Assembly (NCBI GenBank): GCA_964585875.1
Contig: CAZPGC010000006.1
Location: forward strand, 1,879-41,495
Reading direction: 5' to 3'
From: an uncultured Prolixibacteraceae bacterium
GTDB taxonomy: Bacteria; Bacteroidota; Bacteroidia; Bacteroidales; UBA1556
Length of the DNA: 39,617 bases
The notes under the pieces were generated by a model. It was given only the letters and a program-made list of their open reading frames with translations. It was not told where the DNA came from and ran no database searches. Position 1 is the stretch's first letter. Each line of letters begins with the position of its first letter. Shown piece after piece: positions 25,909 to 34,646 of the stretch. A program made the translations under genes and the position numbers.

Positions 25909-26796
25909 TCATTCCATAATCTTTTGGCTCAGCTTATAATATCCCTCGGCAAGATAAATAACGGCAGGCGCCGAGATATATGCACCAATGACATCGACAA
26001 CGTAATGCGCTTGTATATAGACTGTTGAAAACGAAATCAACACGGTCATCGCTATCGTTATCCACAAAATCTTTTTGAAATATTTGGCCGACAGCCAACA
26101 AAAAACCAGCATCATGCCCACATGCGACGAGGGAAAAGCTCCCGTTGGTGCCTCGCCCAGCCTTTGCGCCATGGATACAAGCGCAGGAAAAATTCCCTCG
26201 CCTATTTCATGAGGCCCCTTCAAAAGATAATATTGCGGCCCCCACGTGGGGAAAATTATAAAAAAGGCGTAGTAAAACAAAAAAGCGCCGACAATCATAA
26301 AAAGTATTTTTTCCTGTTCTTCTTTCTTTTCTTTTCTGAAAAAAGCCGCCAAAGGCAAGCCCGCCACAAAAAAATAGTAGGAAAAATAGCTGAAGCTCAT
26401 CAACTCCGCAATCCCGTTGTTGTCGTAAACTTTGGAGAAAGTTAAGGCCGGCTGAGCTTGAAAAAGCGCGTTTTCGGCTGCCACAAGGAGATTGTCGAGA
26501 GGCTGCGCAAAGAAGATATGATTCAGGGTCGCCGTTTCGCCGTAAATGTATGAAAGCAAAAGCACCGGGTAGAAAAAATGTATAAAATGCGAAGTGCGAG
26601 AAGGGTATTTTTTATCGTGATATATGATAAGTCCGATGGTAAAAAAACTCAAAAGGCGAAAGAGGACGGGGTGAACCCATCCGTGGGGCTCGCGTATGAA
26701 AAAGCTGAGTATCAGCGTGTCGAAGAGATAGCTGATTACAATCAAATCAACGGCAGTGATGTAATTTTTCAGTTTAAAGCCATCCATTGTCTTCAT
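25909..26796 (-). CDS. PAP2_C / Aur1-sphingomyelin-synthase-like membrane phosphotransferase
   Basis: Multi-pass membrane protein. It has the motifs FPSSHVGMMLV and AHYVVDVIGAY (the C2 and C3 motifs of the lipid phosphate phosphatase superfamily, arranged as in Aur1/SMS). I saw no KX6RP C1 motif. The tracked ORF starts at TTG 26808, and ATGs at 26796 or 26787 overlap the end of the upstream SDR gene. Confidence 0.6.
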   Translation of the reverse strand: MKTMDGFKLKNYITAVDLIVISYLFDTLILSFFIREPHGWVHPVLFRLLSFFTIGLIIYHDKKYPSRTSHFIHFFYPVLLLSYIYGETATLNHIFFAQPLDNLLVAAENALFQAQPALTFSKVYDNNGIAELMSFSYFSYYFFVAGLPLAAFFRKEKKEEQEKILFMIVGAFLFYYAFFIIFPTWGPQYYLLKGPHEIGEGIFPALVSMAQRLGEAPTGAFPSSHVGMMLVFCWLSAKYFKKILWITIAMTVLISFSTVYIQAHYVVDVIGAYISAPAVIYLAEGYYKLSQKIME

Positions 26797-27778
26797 ACCA
26801 TTTTGCAATTTCTCTAACCTCCGTTCTCAAATCGCGCGAGGCTTCGAATCCCAAAGCCGACAATTTGGCGTTGTCAACAGCCCAATTGGGAGCCTTCAGC
26901 TCATTAACCTTGTCAAAGGTAAAAATCGTAAGCCGGTGCTTGCGTTTATTTTTAAAACTGTTGAAAGCGGCGGCAAGCTTAAGCAAGAGCAAGGGGACAA
27001 CAGCCTTAAAAGTCTTTTTGCCCAAGGCCTCTCTCAAGAAAGCGTTGAACTCCGCAGCATCATAATTTTTGCCGTCGCTGAGGTTGTAAACTTCGCGCAG
27101 CGGAGATTTTTCGGCTATCAGAAAATATGCCCGGGCCAAATCGGCGGCATGAATAAAAGAAAGCCGCTGTTTTTTGCTTGCCGGATAAAGCTCAAAGCCG
27201 CTTTTAATGCTTTTGTAAAGCAAAAGGCCGTCGGTGTCGCCCGCGCCGTAAACCGCCGTCGGTCTAATTATCACCCACGGCAATTTGTGGTCGTTGCGTA
27301 TAAGTTTCTCGGCGGCAAGCTTGCTTTTGCCGTAGTAAGTTACCGGACGCGCTTTTTTATTTTCGTCAATCGGCTTCATACTTTGAGGGTCGCCGGGCCC
27401 CAATGCGGCTATGCTCGAGGTATAAATAAACATTTGAGGCAGCATATCGCTTTCTTTTATGGCGTCGATGAAAGTGGCTGTATTTGAAGTGTTTACCTCA
27501 AAATAAACTTCCTTTTCGTATGCTTTGACAGCACCGGCATTGTGGATTATCAGTTGAGGAATACCGTATTTTTCTTTTACCGTTTTCAGCGCCGAAATCA
27601 CTTGCGAGATGTCGCCGGCTTCATGTTTGAAAACTTCAATACCGTTTTTTTCAAAAGCAAGAGTGTCGCTTGTGGGGCGCGCGAAAACAACAGGCATGTA
27701 ATCGTGTTTTAAGGCTTCTTCAACAAGATAGCGCCCGGTAAAACCCGTGGCTCCCGTTATCAGCAATATTTTTTTCAT
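26774..27778 (-). CDS. NAD(P)-dependent epimerase/dehydratase-family extended SDR
   Basis: 334-aa ORF with ITGATGFTGRYL (GxxGxxG) and catalytic YGKSK (YxxxK). Confidence 0.85.
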   Translation of the reverse strand: MKKILLITGATGFTGRYLVEEALKHDYMPVVFARPTSDTLAFEKNGIEVFKHEAGDISQVISALKTVKEKYGIPQLIIHNAGAVKAYEKEVYFEVNTSNTATFIDAIKESDMLPQMFIYTSSIAALGPGDPQSMKPIDENKKARPVTYYGKSKLAAEKLIRNDHKLPWVIIRPTAVYGAGDTDGLLLYKSIKSGFELYPASKKQRLSFIHAADLARAYFLIAEKSPLREVYNLSDGKNYDAAEFNAFLREALGKKTFKAVVPLLLLKLAAAFNSFKNKRKHRLTIFTFDKVNELKAPNWAVDNAKLSALGFEASRDLRTEVREIAKWYEDNGWL

Positions 27779-27781
27779 ATT

Positions 27782-28906
27782 TTACAAACTCATTCCGTAA
27801 ATGCGGTATTGTTTATAAACTTTAGCATTGGTATTTACCAAAATACGATTCATCATTTCGTTATTTTCCAAAATCCAGCTTGCCTCGGCCTCGGTGTATC
27901 CCAATTTCTTGGTCGCTTCATAACATTTTGAATACATCACGGCATCGATTCCCGAGTTGCGGTAGCCGTCGATAATACCGAGAGTAAGCACCCTCACCCG
28001 TTTTACTTTTTTTTGGAAACCTATGAGTTTCAGAAAATTAAAAGGCAAAAGCCGGCCCTTGCGTATGCTGATGAGTTTTTCGTTCAAATCGGGCAACAGG
28101 GCGATGAAGGCCACAGCCTTTCCGTTGTCTTCGGCTATAAAAACCAGCTCGGGCAAGGTTACCATTTTAAGCTCCTTTACCAAGTCGGAAAACTCATCTT
28201 CCTCCATGGGAATAAAACCCCAATTTTTCGACCATGCGCTGTTGTATATGGAACGCAGCTTGTCGGTTTCGCTTTTTATATTTTTGAAATTAACGTTACG
28301 AATGACAATACCTCTTTTATTCAATCGTTTTTCGACAACTGACGACAAACGCAAGAATTTATCGGAGAACTCATTGATTTTCAGCTGATAAGAATAGAGG
28401 TCCATTTTCTTTTCAAAGCCATAGCCCGATATCAACTTGTCGTAATAAGGCATGTTGTGCACCATCATTATATAAGGAGGGGTGTCGAAACCGTCGATAA
28501 GGGTGCCGCAAGTGTCGTTGGTCGAAGGATTTTCCGGACCGTAAACGCCCTCCATCCCTTTTTCCCTGAGCCAAGCGGTGGCGGTATCGAAAAGGGCACG
28601 GGCAACACTTTCATCGTCGATGCACTCGAAAAAACCGAAGAAACCGTATTTTTCGTTCCAATGCTTTATGTAATTGTAGTTGACAATGGCGCCAATCCTG
28701 CCGACGACATCCCCTTTCTCGTTTTGCGCTATAAAATATTCAGCCTCAGCATGTTTGAAAAAATTATTCTTTTTTCTGTCGAGGACTTCCTTTTGCATTA
28801 TCCTCAATTCGGGCACATAATTGGGCTCGTTTTTATATAATCTGTAAGGAAAGTCTATGAATTTTTTCAAGGCTTTTTTGTCGTTAACAACACTTGTTTT
28901 AACCAT
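27782..28906 (-). CDS. GNAT-like acyl/acetyltransferase of an uncharacterised ~375-aa family
   Basis: 374-aa ORF. The N-terminus KFIDFPYRLYKNEPNYVPEL and GRIGAIVN...GFFGFFEC are typical of a widespread unnamed family. LTLGIIDGYRNSGIDAVMY resembles the GNAT acyl-CoA-binding motif A. Confidence 0.55.
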   Translation of the reverse strand: MVKTSVVNDKKALKKFIDFPYRLYKNEPNYVPELRIMQKEVLDRKKNNFFKHAEAEYFIAQNEKGDVVGRIGAIVNYNYIKHWNEKYGFFGFFECIDDESVARALFDTATAWLREKGMEGVYGPENPSTNDTCGTLIDGFDTPPYIMMVHNMPYYDKLISGYGFEKKMDLYSYQLKINEFSDKFLRLSSVVEKRLNKRGIVIRNVNFKNIKSETDKLRSIYNSAWSKNWGFIPMEEDEFSDLVKELKMVTLPELVFIAEDNGKAVAFIALLPDLNEKLISIRKGRLLPFNFLKLIGFQKKVKRVRVLTLGIIDGYRNSGIDAVMYSKCYEATKKLGYTEAEASWILENNEMMNRILVNTNAKVYKQYRIYGMSL

Positions 28907-28937
28907 AATTTAAGCAGTTTGCTTGTTTTGAAAAAGG

Positions 28938-28945
28938 CAAATATA
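28938..28945 (-). promoter_or_regulatory. -7 promoter box (TATATTTG on the minus strand) for the GNAT-like/SDR/PAP2 operon
   Basis: TAnnTTTG match 32 nt upstream of ATG 28906. Confidence 0.45.
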
Positions 28946-29041
28946 CGTTTTTTTCACTTACGCCTCCTTGTCTCGAAACTCACCCCACACCATTCCGGTA
29001 ACGTGCAAAGAAGTCGCCTGCAGCGGCAATCCGTATTTTTA

Positions 29042-29049
29042 TATCTTTG
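29042..29049 (+). promoter_or_regulatory. -7 promoter box (TATCTTTG) upstream of the GIY-YIG gene
   Basis: TAnnTTTG match 21 nt upstream of ATG 29070. Confidence 0.45.
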
Positions 29050-29069
29050 CCCACTAATTTGAAAACGAT

Positions 29070-29333
29070 ATGACTTTTTTCACATACATAATCAGGTCTG
29101 AAGTTGACGGCTCGTATTTTTACGGTCAAACAACAAATCTTTTACGACGTTTAAACCGTCACAACAAAGGACTTATGGAAGCCACGCGCTCCAAACGCCC
29201 TTGGGTATTGGTTGCCTATAAGGAATTTTCAACACGCTCGGGAGCAATGAGTTACGAGCGCCGTTTGGAGGAGTTGAAATCAAAAAACGCTGTGCTTAAC
29301 TTCATCAAGAAAAACGGATTCAAGAAAGTTTAA
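29070..29333 (+). CDS. small stand-alone GIY-YIG nuclease-domain protein (UPF0213/YhbQ-like)
   Basis: 87-aa ORF. FFTYIIRSEVDGSYFYGQTTNLLRRLNRHN, with a later glutamate (ERRLEELK), fits the GIY-YIG core. Confidence 0.8.
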   Translation: MTFFTYIIRSEVDGSYFYGQTTNLLRRLNRHNKGLMEATRSKRPWVLVAYKEFSTRSGAMSYERRLEELKSKNAVLNFIKKNGFKKV

Positions 29334-29335
29334 GC

Positions 29336-30571
29336 TCATTCTTTGAGGCGTAAAAACCACGCCGATGCCAAAAGTGCCGCCGTCGTAAACATCATTCCCG
29401 CAGCAAGTCCGAATTTATCCGACAGAAGCCCCATCAAAGGTGTCAGCAGAGCCACGAGCAAGGTTTGCAATTGCGATTGCACCGAAAGCACCGTTGCCAA
29501 AATATTTTTCGAAGAATTGTCGGCAATAAGTGCTACACCGGCCGGCTTGCGTATATTTTCTATCAAGAAAACGGGTATCATCAACAAGACCGACAGCAAC
29601 GGGAAATCGAGGCGATAAACACCCGCTGCCACCAACCCGAAACTCAAACCGCCGAACATCAATATGTTCAATGCCTTTTGATATGAGCCGAAAAAGGAAA
29701 TGAAAAATGCCGTTTTTTTCGAAGAAAGAGAGGTGAGTATATAAATGATAAAATAAACAAGCCCCACAAAAACCGCCGACCTTTGCTTGTCGCTGTGATT
29801 TTGAAGAAAAGGCACAAGCAAGGCAAAGCTTACGATTATGGGTTGAATAAAATCTTTTATGATTTTGTAATAAGCCGAATACCACGCTATTGACAGAATT
29901 ATCTTGAGTTGTTTCGTGTTTTTTAAACTCGACAGGAAATCCGAAAAAACTTTTTTAAACGTCTTGAAAAAACCGCCACTTTTCGCCGGAGCAATATCGC
30001 CGTCGAGCATCTTGGGATACGACATAAGATTTATCAAATCAAGCACATATGGAATAATACTGAACAAAAAAATCATACGGTAATTCCCGGAGAAAAATAC
30101 AAGCAAAGCCGATAAAACCGAAGCTATAGCCGTGCCGAATTGCGAAAAGGCTCTTGTATGCCCGTAGTAATCGGCCTTTTGATTTTGCCAACCCTTTATT
30201 TTCAAATAATCGAAAATCATGGCTTTGTGTGTCCCCGTGCGAAAGGCATCGCCGACGGCAAAAAACAACATGGCGGCAAAAAACAAAGCATACGACACGG
30301 AGCTCCAAAAAAGAAAAAACGAAAGGATATAAGCCGAAAAAGACATAATCATAGAGCGGCGGCGCCCTGTGGCATCGGCATAAACACCGGCCGGAATCTC
30401 CAAAATATTTCTCGCTATCTCCCTGAAAGAGTATAAGATACCTATCTGCAAATAAGATAAGCCGGCATCAATGAAAAACAATATCAAAAAAGGCTCAAAC
30501 AGTCTTATATTTTTCAAAAAACCGTATAATCCGAATTTATAATACTGCAAATCCTTTTTAAAACCACTCAT
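29336..30571 (-). CDS. MFS-type transporter
   Basis: About 411 aa with roughly 12 hydrophobic segments and a DATGRRR-type loop between TM2 and TM3. The tracked ORF starts at TTG 30595, which actually lies inside a -7 box, so ATG 30571 is preferred. Confidence 0.7.
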   Translation of the reverse strand: MSGFKKDLQYYKFGLYGFLKNIRLFEPFLILFFIDAGLSYLQIGILYSFREIARNILEIPAGVYADATGRRRSMIMSFSAYILSFFLFWSSVSYALFFAAMLFFAVGDAFRTGTHKAMIFDYLKIKGWQNQKADYYGHTRAFSQFGTAIASVLSALLVFFSGNYRMIFLFSIIPYVLDLINLMSYPKMLDGDIAPAKSGGFFKTFKKVFSDFLSSLKNTKQLKIILSIAWYSAYYKIIKDFIQPIIVSFALLVPFLQNHSDKQRSAVFVGLVYFIIYILTSLSSKKTAFFISFFGSYQKALNILMFGGLSFGLVAAGVYRLDFPLLSVLLMIPVFLIENIRKPAGVALIADNSSKNILATVLSVQSQLQTLLVALLTPLMGLLSDKFGLAAGMMFTTAALLASAWFLRLKE

Positions 30572-30592
30572 TCGAAATGTTGATTTAAAATA

Positions 30593-30600
30593 CAAAGATA
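30593..30600 (-). promoter_or_regulatory. -7 promoter box (TATCTTTG on the minus strand) upstream of the MFS gene
   Basis: TAnnTTTG match 22 nt upstream of ATG 30571. Confidence 0.45.
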
Positions 30601-30813
30601 CTTGATTTTAGTACGCCGAATCATAATCCCTAATTCAAATAAAAATGACAATGTATTGCCGCATTTGTCTAAAATATCAAGACAAAAGGTGTATTTTTAT
30701 TAAAAAATTATTTGGCAGGCCTCAATAAAAATATTTAACATTGCAAATGATAATTTGTGATTTAAAATCGACATTAAGCACGTTTTAAATTGCGATAAAT
30801 TAAAAATACAGAT

Positions 30814-33084
30814 ATGGATAAACTATTAAAAAAGCATGCCTTGGAATATCACTCCAAAGGCAAGCCCGGTAAAGTTGAGGTGGTACCCACCAAACCTTAC
30901 TCTACGCAAAGAGACCTCTCGTTAGCTTATTCTCCCGGGGTGGCATACCCTTGTTTGGAGATTCAAAAACGACCGGAAGACATCTATAAATACACCAACA
31001 AGGGCAACCTTGTGGCTGTAATCTCCAACGGCACCGCCGTGCTTGGTTTGGGCAATATCGGCGCCGATGCAGGCAAGCCCGTAATGGAAGGCAAGGGTTT
31101 GCTTTTCAAAATTTTCGCCGATGTCGATGTGTTCGACATAGAAGTAAGCACACGCGATATCGACAAATTCGTGGAAACCGTCAAAGAAATTGCCGTCTCT
31201 TTCGGGGGCATCAACCTCGAAGACATCAAAGCTCCCGAATGCTTCGAAATAGAACGCCGGCTGAAAGAAGAATTGGACATCCCCGTTATGCACGACGACC
31301 AACACGGCACGGCAATAATTTCCGCCGCCGGACTCATCTCCGCTCTCGAAATCAGCGGAAAAGATATATCGAAGATAAAATTGGTTGTCAGCGGTGCCGG
31401 GGCCTCCGCCTCCGCTTGTACAAGACTTTATATGAGCCTCGGCGTGAAACCCGAAAACGTGCTTATGTGCGACAGTAAAGGAGTTCTCAGAACAGCCCGT
31501 AAAGATTTGAACGACAGCAAAAAAGCCTTTGCCCGCGACACCGACAAGATAACCCTTGCCGACGCCCTGAAAGGCGCCGACGTTTTCCTCGGCTTGTCGG
31601 TAAAAGGTGCCATGACCAAAGAGATGTTGGCTTCTATGGCCCCCAACCCCATAGTCTTTGCCATGGCCAACCCCGACCCGGAAATATCTTATGAAGACGC
31701 CATGGCCACACGCGACGATTTGATTTTCGCCACCGGCCGCAGCGACTATCCCAACCAAATCAACAACGTGTTGGGCTTCCCCTTTATCTTCCGCGGCGCC
31801 TTGGATGTTCACGCCTCGGCCATCAACGAAGAGATGAAAAAAGCCGCCGTTTATGCCCTTGCCGAGCTGGCAAAACAGCCCGTACCCGATGTGGTGCAAA
31901 AAGCTTATAACCAGACAAATATGAGCTTTGGCAAAGAATACATAGTGCCTACACCGCTGGACCCCAGACTCATAGAATACGTGGCTCCGGCAGTGGCCAA
32001 AGCGGCTATGGATTCGGGCGTGGCTCGCAGCCCTATTAATGATTTTGAAGAATACAAAAGCCGGCTAAGGCAAAGAATGGGCATCGACCAGTCGATTATG
32101 CAATCCATTCACACCAAAGCAAAGCATTTCCCCAAAAAAGTTGTTTATACCGATGCCGACGACATCAACGTCATTCAAGCCGCCGTTCAGGTGAAACAAG
32201 AAAAAATAGCAACTCCTATTTTGCTGGGCAACTATGAAGCCATTCACCTCATCGCCGACGAAAACAACATCGACTTGTCGGACATTAAAATAATGGATAA
32301 CACCAAGGATGAATATGCCGCCGACCGTAAAAAATACGCTACTATTCTTTACGAAAAACGCAAGAGAAGAGGCATTAACATGTACGAGGCCGAAAGGTTG
32401 ATGTTCAACAGAAATTATTTTGGCGTGGCTATGGTGAAAACAGGCGAGGCCGATGCGATGATTTCGGGAACGAAAACAAAATATGCCGATGTAATGCGTC
32501 CGGCTTTGCAAATAATCGACAAGCGTGATGACATAGGCAAAATAGCCGGTATGTACATTATAAACACCAAAAAAGGACCCTACTTCTTCGCCGACACCAC
32601 GGTGAACACCGACCCCGACGAAGATACCCTTGTTGATATTGTAAAACTCACCAACGAAGCCGTCAAAGAATTTGGCATTACGCCTGTGATGGCCATGCTG
32701 TCATTCTCCAATTTCGGCTCTTCGGAGGTGCCCAGCGCAAGCTTTGTCTCCAGAGCCGTGGCACGTATCCACAAAGAATACCCCGACATAATCATAGACG
32801 GCGAGATGCAGGCTAATTTCGCCCTGAACAAGGACATCAGAACCGAGCGTTATCCCTTTTCAAAATTGGGAAACAGAGACGTTAACACGCTGATATTCCC
32901 CAACTTAAATTCGGGCAACATAGCCTACAAAATGATGATGGAAATAGGACGCGCAGAGGCCATAGGCCCCATAGTGATGGGCTTGAAAAAACCCGTCCAC
33001 GTCCTTCAACTTTCCAGCACTGTTCGCGAAATTGTGAATATGACCGCCATTGCCGTGGTCGATGCACGCACAGGGTCCTTGTAA
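30814..33084 (+). CDS. maeB: NADP-dependent malic enzyme (malic enzyme domain fused to a PTA-like domain)
   Basis: 756-aa ORF. The malic enzyme region has VAVISNGTAVLGLGNIG, GGINLEDI and VVSGAGASA. The C-terminal ~330 aa is phosphotransacetylase-like (IFPNLNSGNIAYKMM). Confidence 0.95.
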   Translation: MDKLLKKHALEYHSKGKPGKVEVVPTKPYSTQRDLSLAYSPGVAYPCLEIQKRPEDIYKYTNKGNLVAVISNGTAVLGLGNIGADAGKPVMEGKGLLFKIFADVDVFDIEVSTRDIDKFVETVKEIAVSFGGINLEDIKAPECFEIERRLKEELDIPVMHDDQHGTAIISAAGLISALEISGKDISKIKLVVSGAGASASACTRLYMSLGVKPENVLMCDSKGVLRTARKDLNDSKKAFARDTDKITLADALKGADVFLGLSVKGAMTKEMLASMAPNPIVFAMANPDPEISYEDAMATRDDLIFATGRSDYPNQINNVLGFPFIFRGALDVHASAINEEMKKAAVYALAELAKQPVPDVVQKAYNQTNMSFGKEYIVPTPLDPRLIEYVAPAVAKAAMDSGVARSPINDFEEYKSRLRQRMGIDQSIMQSIHTKAKHFPKKVVYTDADDINVIQAAVQVKQEKIATPILLGNYEAIHLIADENNIDLSDIKIMDNTKDEYAADRKKYATILYEKRKRRGINMYEAERLMFNRNYFGVAMVKTGEADAMISGTKTKYADVMRPALQIIDKRDDIGKIAGMYIINTKKGPYFFADTTVNTDPDEDTLVDIVKLTNEAVKEFGITPVMAMLSFSNFGSSEVPSASFVSRAVARIHKEYPDIIIDGEMQANFALNKDIRTERYPFSKLGNRDVNTLIFPNLNSGNIAYKMMMEIGRAEAIGPIVMGLKKPVHVLQLSSTVREIVNMTAIAVVDARTGSL

Positions 33085-33104
33085 AACAAAGTCCCTCAAA
33101 AAGC

Positions 33105-33135
33105 AAAAAAGCCGGATTTAAGTCCGGCTTTTTTT
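33105..33135 (+). terminator. intrinsic terminator after maeB
   Basis: AAAAAAGCCGGA-TTTAAG-TCCGGCTTTTTTT. The GC-rich stem is flanked by an A6 tract and a T7 tract. Confidence 0.75.
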
Positions 33136-33210
33136 ATGATTTCAGCGGAAAACAAATTTCTATAATACAGGAAATATTATTCCCGAACTTTTTTCCCTTA
33201 CCTTTGCTCT

Positions 33211-34443
33211 GTGAATAATCTTTTGAGGGAAAACATAAGGATTGCATTGCAAAACATTAAAGCACACAGGCTGCGCGCAGTGCTTACCATGTTGATTGTT
33301 GCCTTTGGCATAATGGCTTTGGTAGGCATTCTTACTGCCATCGACGGCCTAAAAAATTCCATTGCCGAGAATTTCCAAATGATGGGTGCCAATACTTTTA
33401 CCATAAGCAACAGACAGATGATAGTCTTGGGCGGCAGACATCGCTCAAACCGCTATATGCCAATAAGTTATAACGAGGTAAGGGAATTTAAAAAGCGCTT
33501 TGTTTTTCCGGGTGTTTGCTCGGTTTTTTCAAGGGCGAGGGGGGCTGTTACTCTTCGCTATCGCGATAAAAAAACCAATCCCAACATAGATGTAAGCGGT
33601 ATTGACGAAAACTATCTGCGTACCGCCGGACTGGAGCTTGCAAAGGGGAGAAACTTCACGCCTTACGAGTTGAATTCGGGCAGCAGGTCGGTAATAATAG
33701 GTTCCGAAATTGCCGAAAAGTTGTTTGGTGATGCCGACCCCATAGGAAAAAAAATAGCCATGATGTCGGGTAAATACAAGGTTACGGGAGTGCTGAAAAG
33801 CAACGGCGCCTCCATTGGGATGAGCCCCGACAGAAAGTGTTTCATCACCCTCAGCCATTTGAGACAGCAATATTACCGTCCGGGGATGAATTTCACGATT
33901 AACTTTATGGTTTCGCATCGCGAACTTCTCGATGCCGCCACCGACGAAGCCAAAGGCTTGTTTAGGGTTATCAGGAAATTGAAACTCGACGAAGATAACA
34001 ATTTCACCATCACCAAGAGCGACACCATCTCGCAACTGCTTATCGAAAACCTGAAATACGTCACCTTGGCGGCAATAATCATAGCACTGATAACGCTTTT
34101 GGGAGCATCGGTGGGGCTGATGAATATCATGCTGGTGGCCGTCAGCGAGCGCACAAGAGAAATAGGAGTGCGTAAGGCACTGGGAGCCACCAATGTAGCC
34201 ATAAGAGACCAATTTCTTGTGGAGTCTGTCGTGATAACCGAGTTGGGCGGCCTCTTCGGCATTTTTCTGGGAATAGCCCTAGGCAATGTGGTAACACATT
34301 TTACGGGAGGAAGCTTCACAGTGCCGTGGCTATGGGTTTTCATTGCCGTGTTTATAAGCCTGACAGTTGGTCTGCTCAGCGGTTTGTATCCCGCCCGGAA
34401 GGCCTCCAAACTCAATCCCATTGAGGCTTTGAGATTTGAATAA
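33211..34443 (+). CDS. FtsX/MacB-type ABC transporter permease
   Basis: 410-aa ORF with a GTG start. The N-terminus IALQNIKAHRLRAVLTMLIVAFGI is followed by a periplasmic MacB-like domain and a C-terminal FtsX domain (ERTREIGVRKALGAT). No ATPase gene is adjacent. Confidence 0.85.
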   Translation: MNNLLRENIRIALQNIKAHRLRAVLTMLIVAFGIMALVGILTAIDGLKNSIAENFQMMGANTFTISNRQMIVLGGRHRSNRYMPISYNEVREFKKRFVFPGVCSVFSRARGAVTLRYRDKKTNPNIDVSGIDENYLRTAGLELAKGRNFTPYELNSGSRSVIIGSEIAEKLFGDADPIGKKIAMMSGKYKVTGVLKSNGASIGMSPDRKCFITLSHLRQQYYRPGMNFTINFMVSHRELLDAATDEAKGLFRVIRKLKLDEDNNFTITKSDTISQLLIENLKYVTLAAIIIALITLLGASVGLMNIMLVAVSERTREIGVRKALGATNVAIRDQFLVESVVITELGGLFGIFLGIALGNVVTHFTGGSFTVPWLWVFIAVFISLTVGLLSGLYPARKASKLNPIEALRFE

Positions 34444-34646
34444 ATTCGGGATTTCCCGGCCAAAGAACCAAATATTCAGAGCATTAAACACCTTCAAACA
34501 AGTAATGGGGATTTGATTTTTATACACTTTTCATAAAACCGTTTAAATTCATGTAAACAGCAGTTGTCATCTGATTTTGAAGACCTTAAGATAGTGTCTT
34601 ATAGATATAAAATTACACCTTGACGTTTTCAGTCGCGGCAATATCT

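Noticed and set aside
29070-29333. The GIY-YIG gene as a homing endonuclease or mobile intron element.
   Set aside because: The protein is only 87 aa, consisting of the catalytic core without a DNA-binding domain, as in the common stand-alone UPF0213/YhbQ-type proteins. It has its own promoter, interrupts no gene, and has no flanking repeats.
30922-31899. 325-aa ORF antisense to maeB, along with similar long antisense ORFs at 33529-34212, 33873-34463, 22110-22748, 15131-15739, 9388-9960, 10453-10863 and 16918-17397.
   Set aside because: Each lies entirely inside a gene with strong family motifs on the other strand. Their translations are low-complexity (rich in G, R, H, F and V) and have no recognisable motifs, promoters or sensible start contexts. 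They look like typical shadow ORFs.
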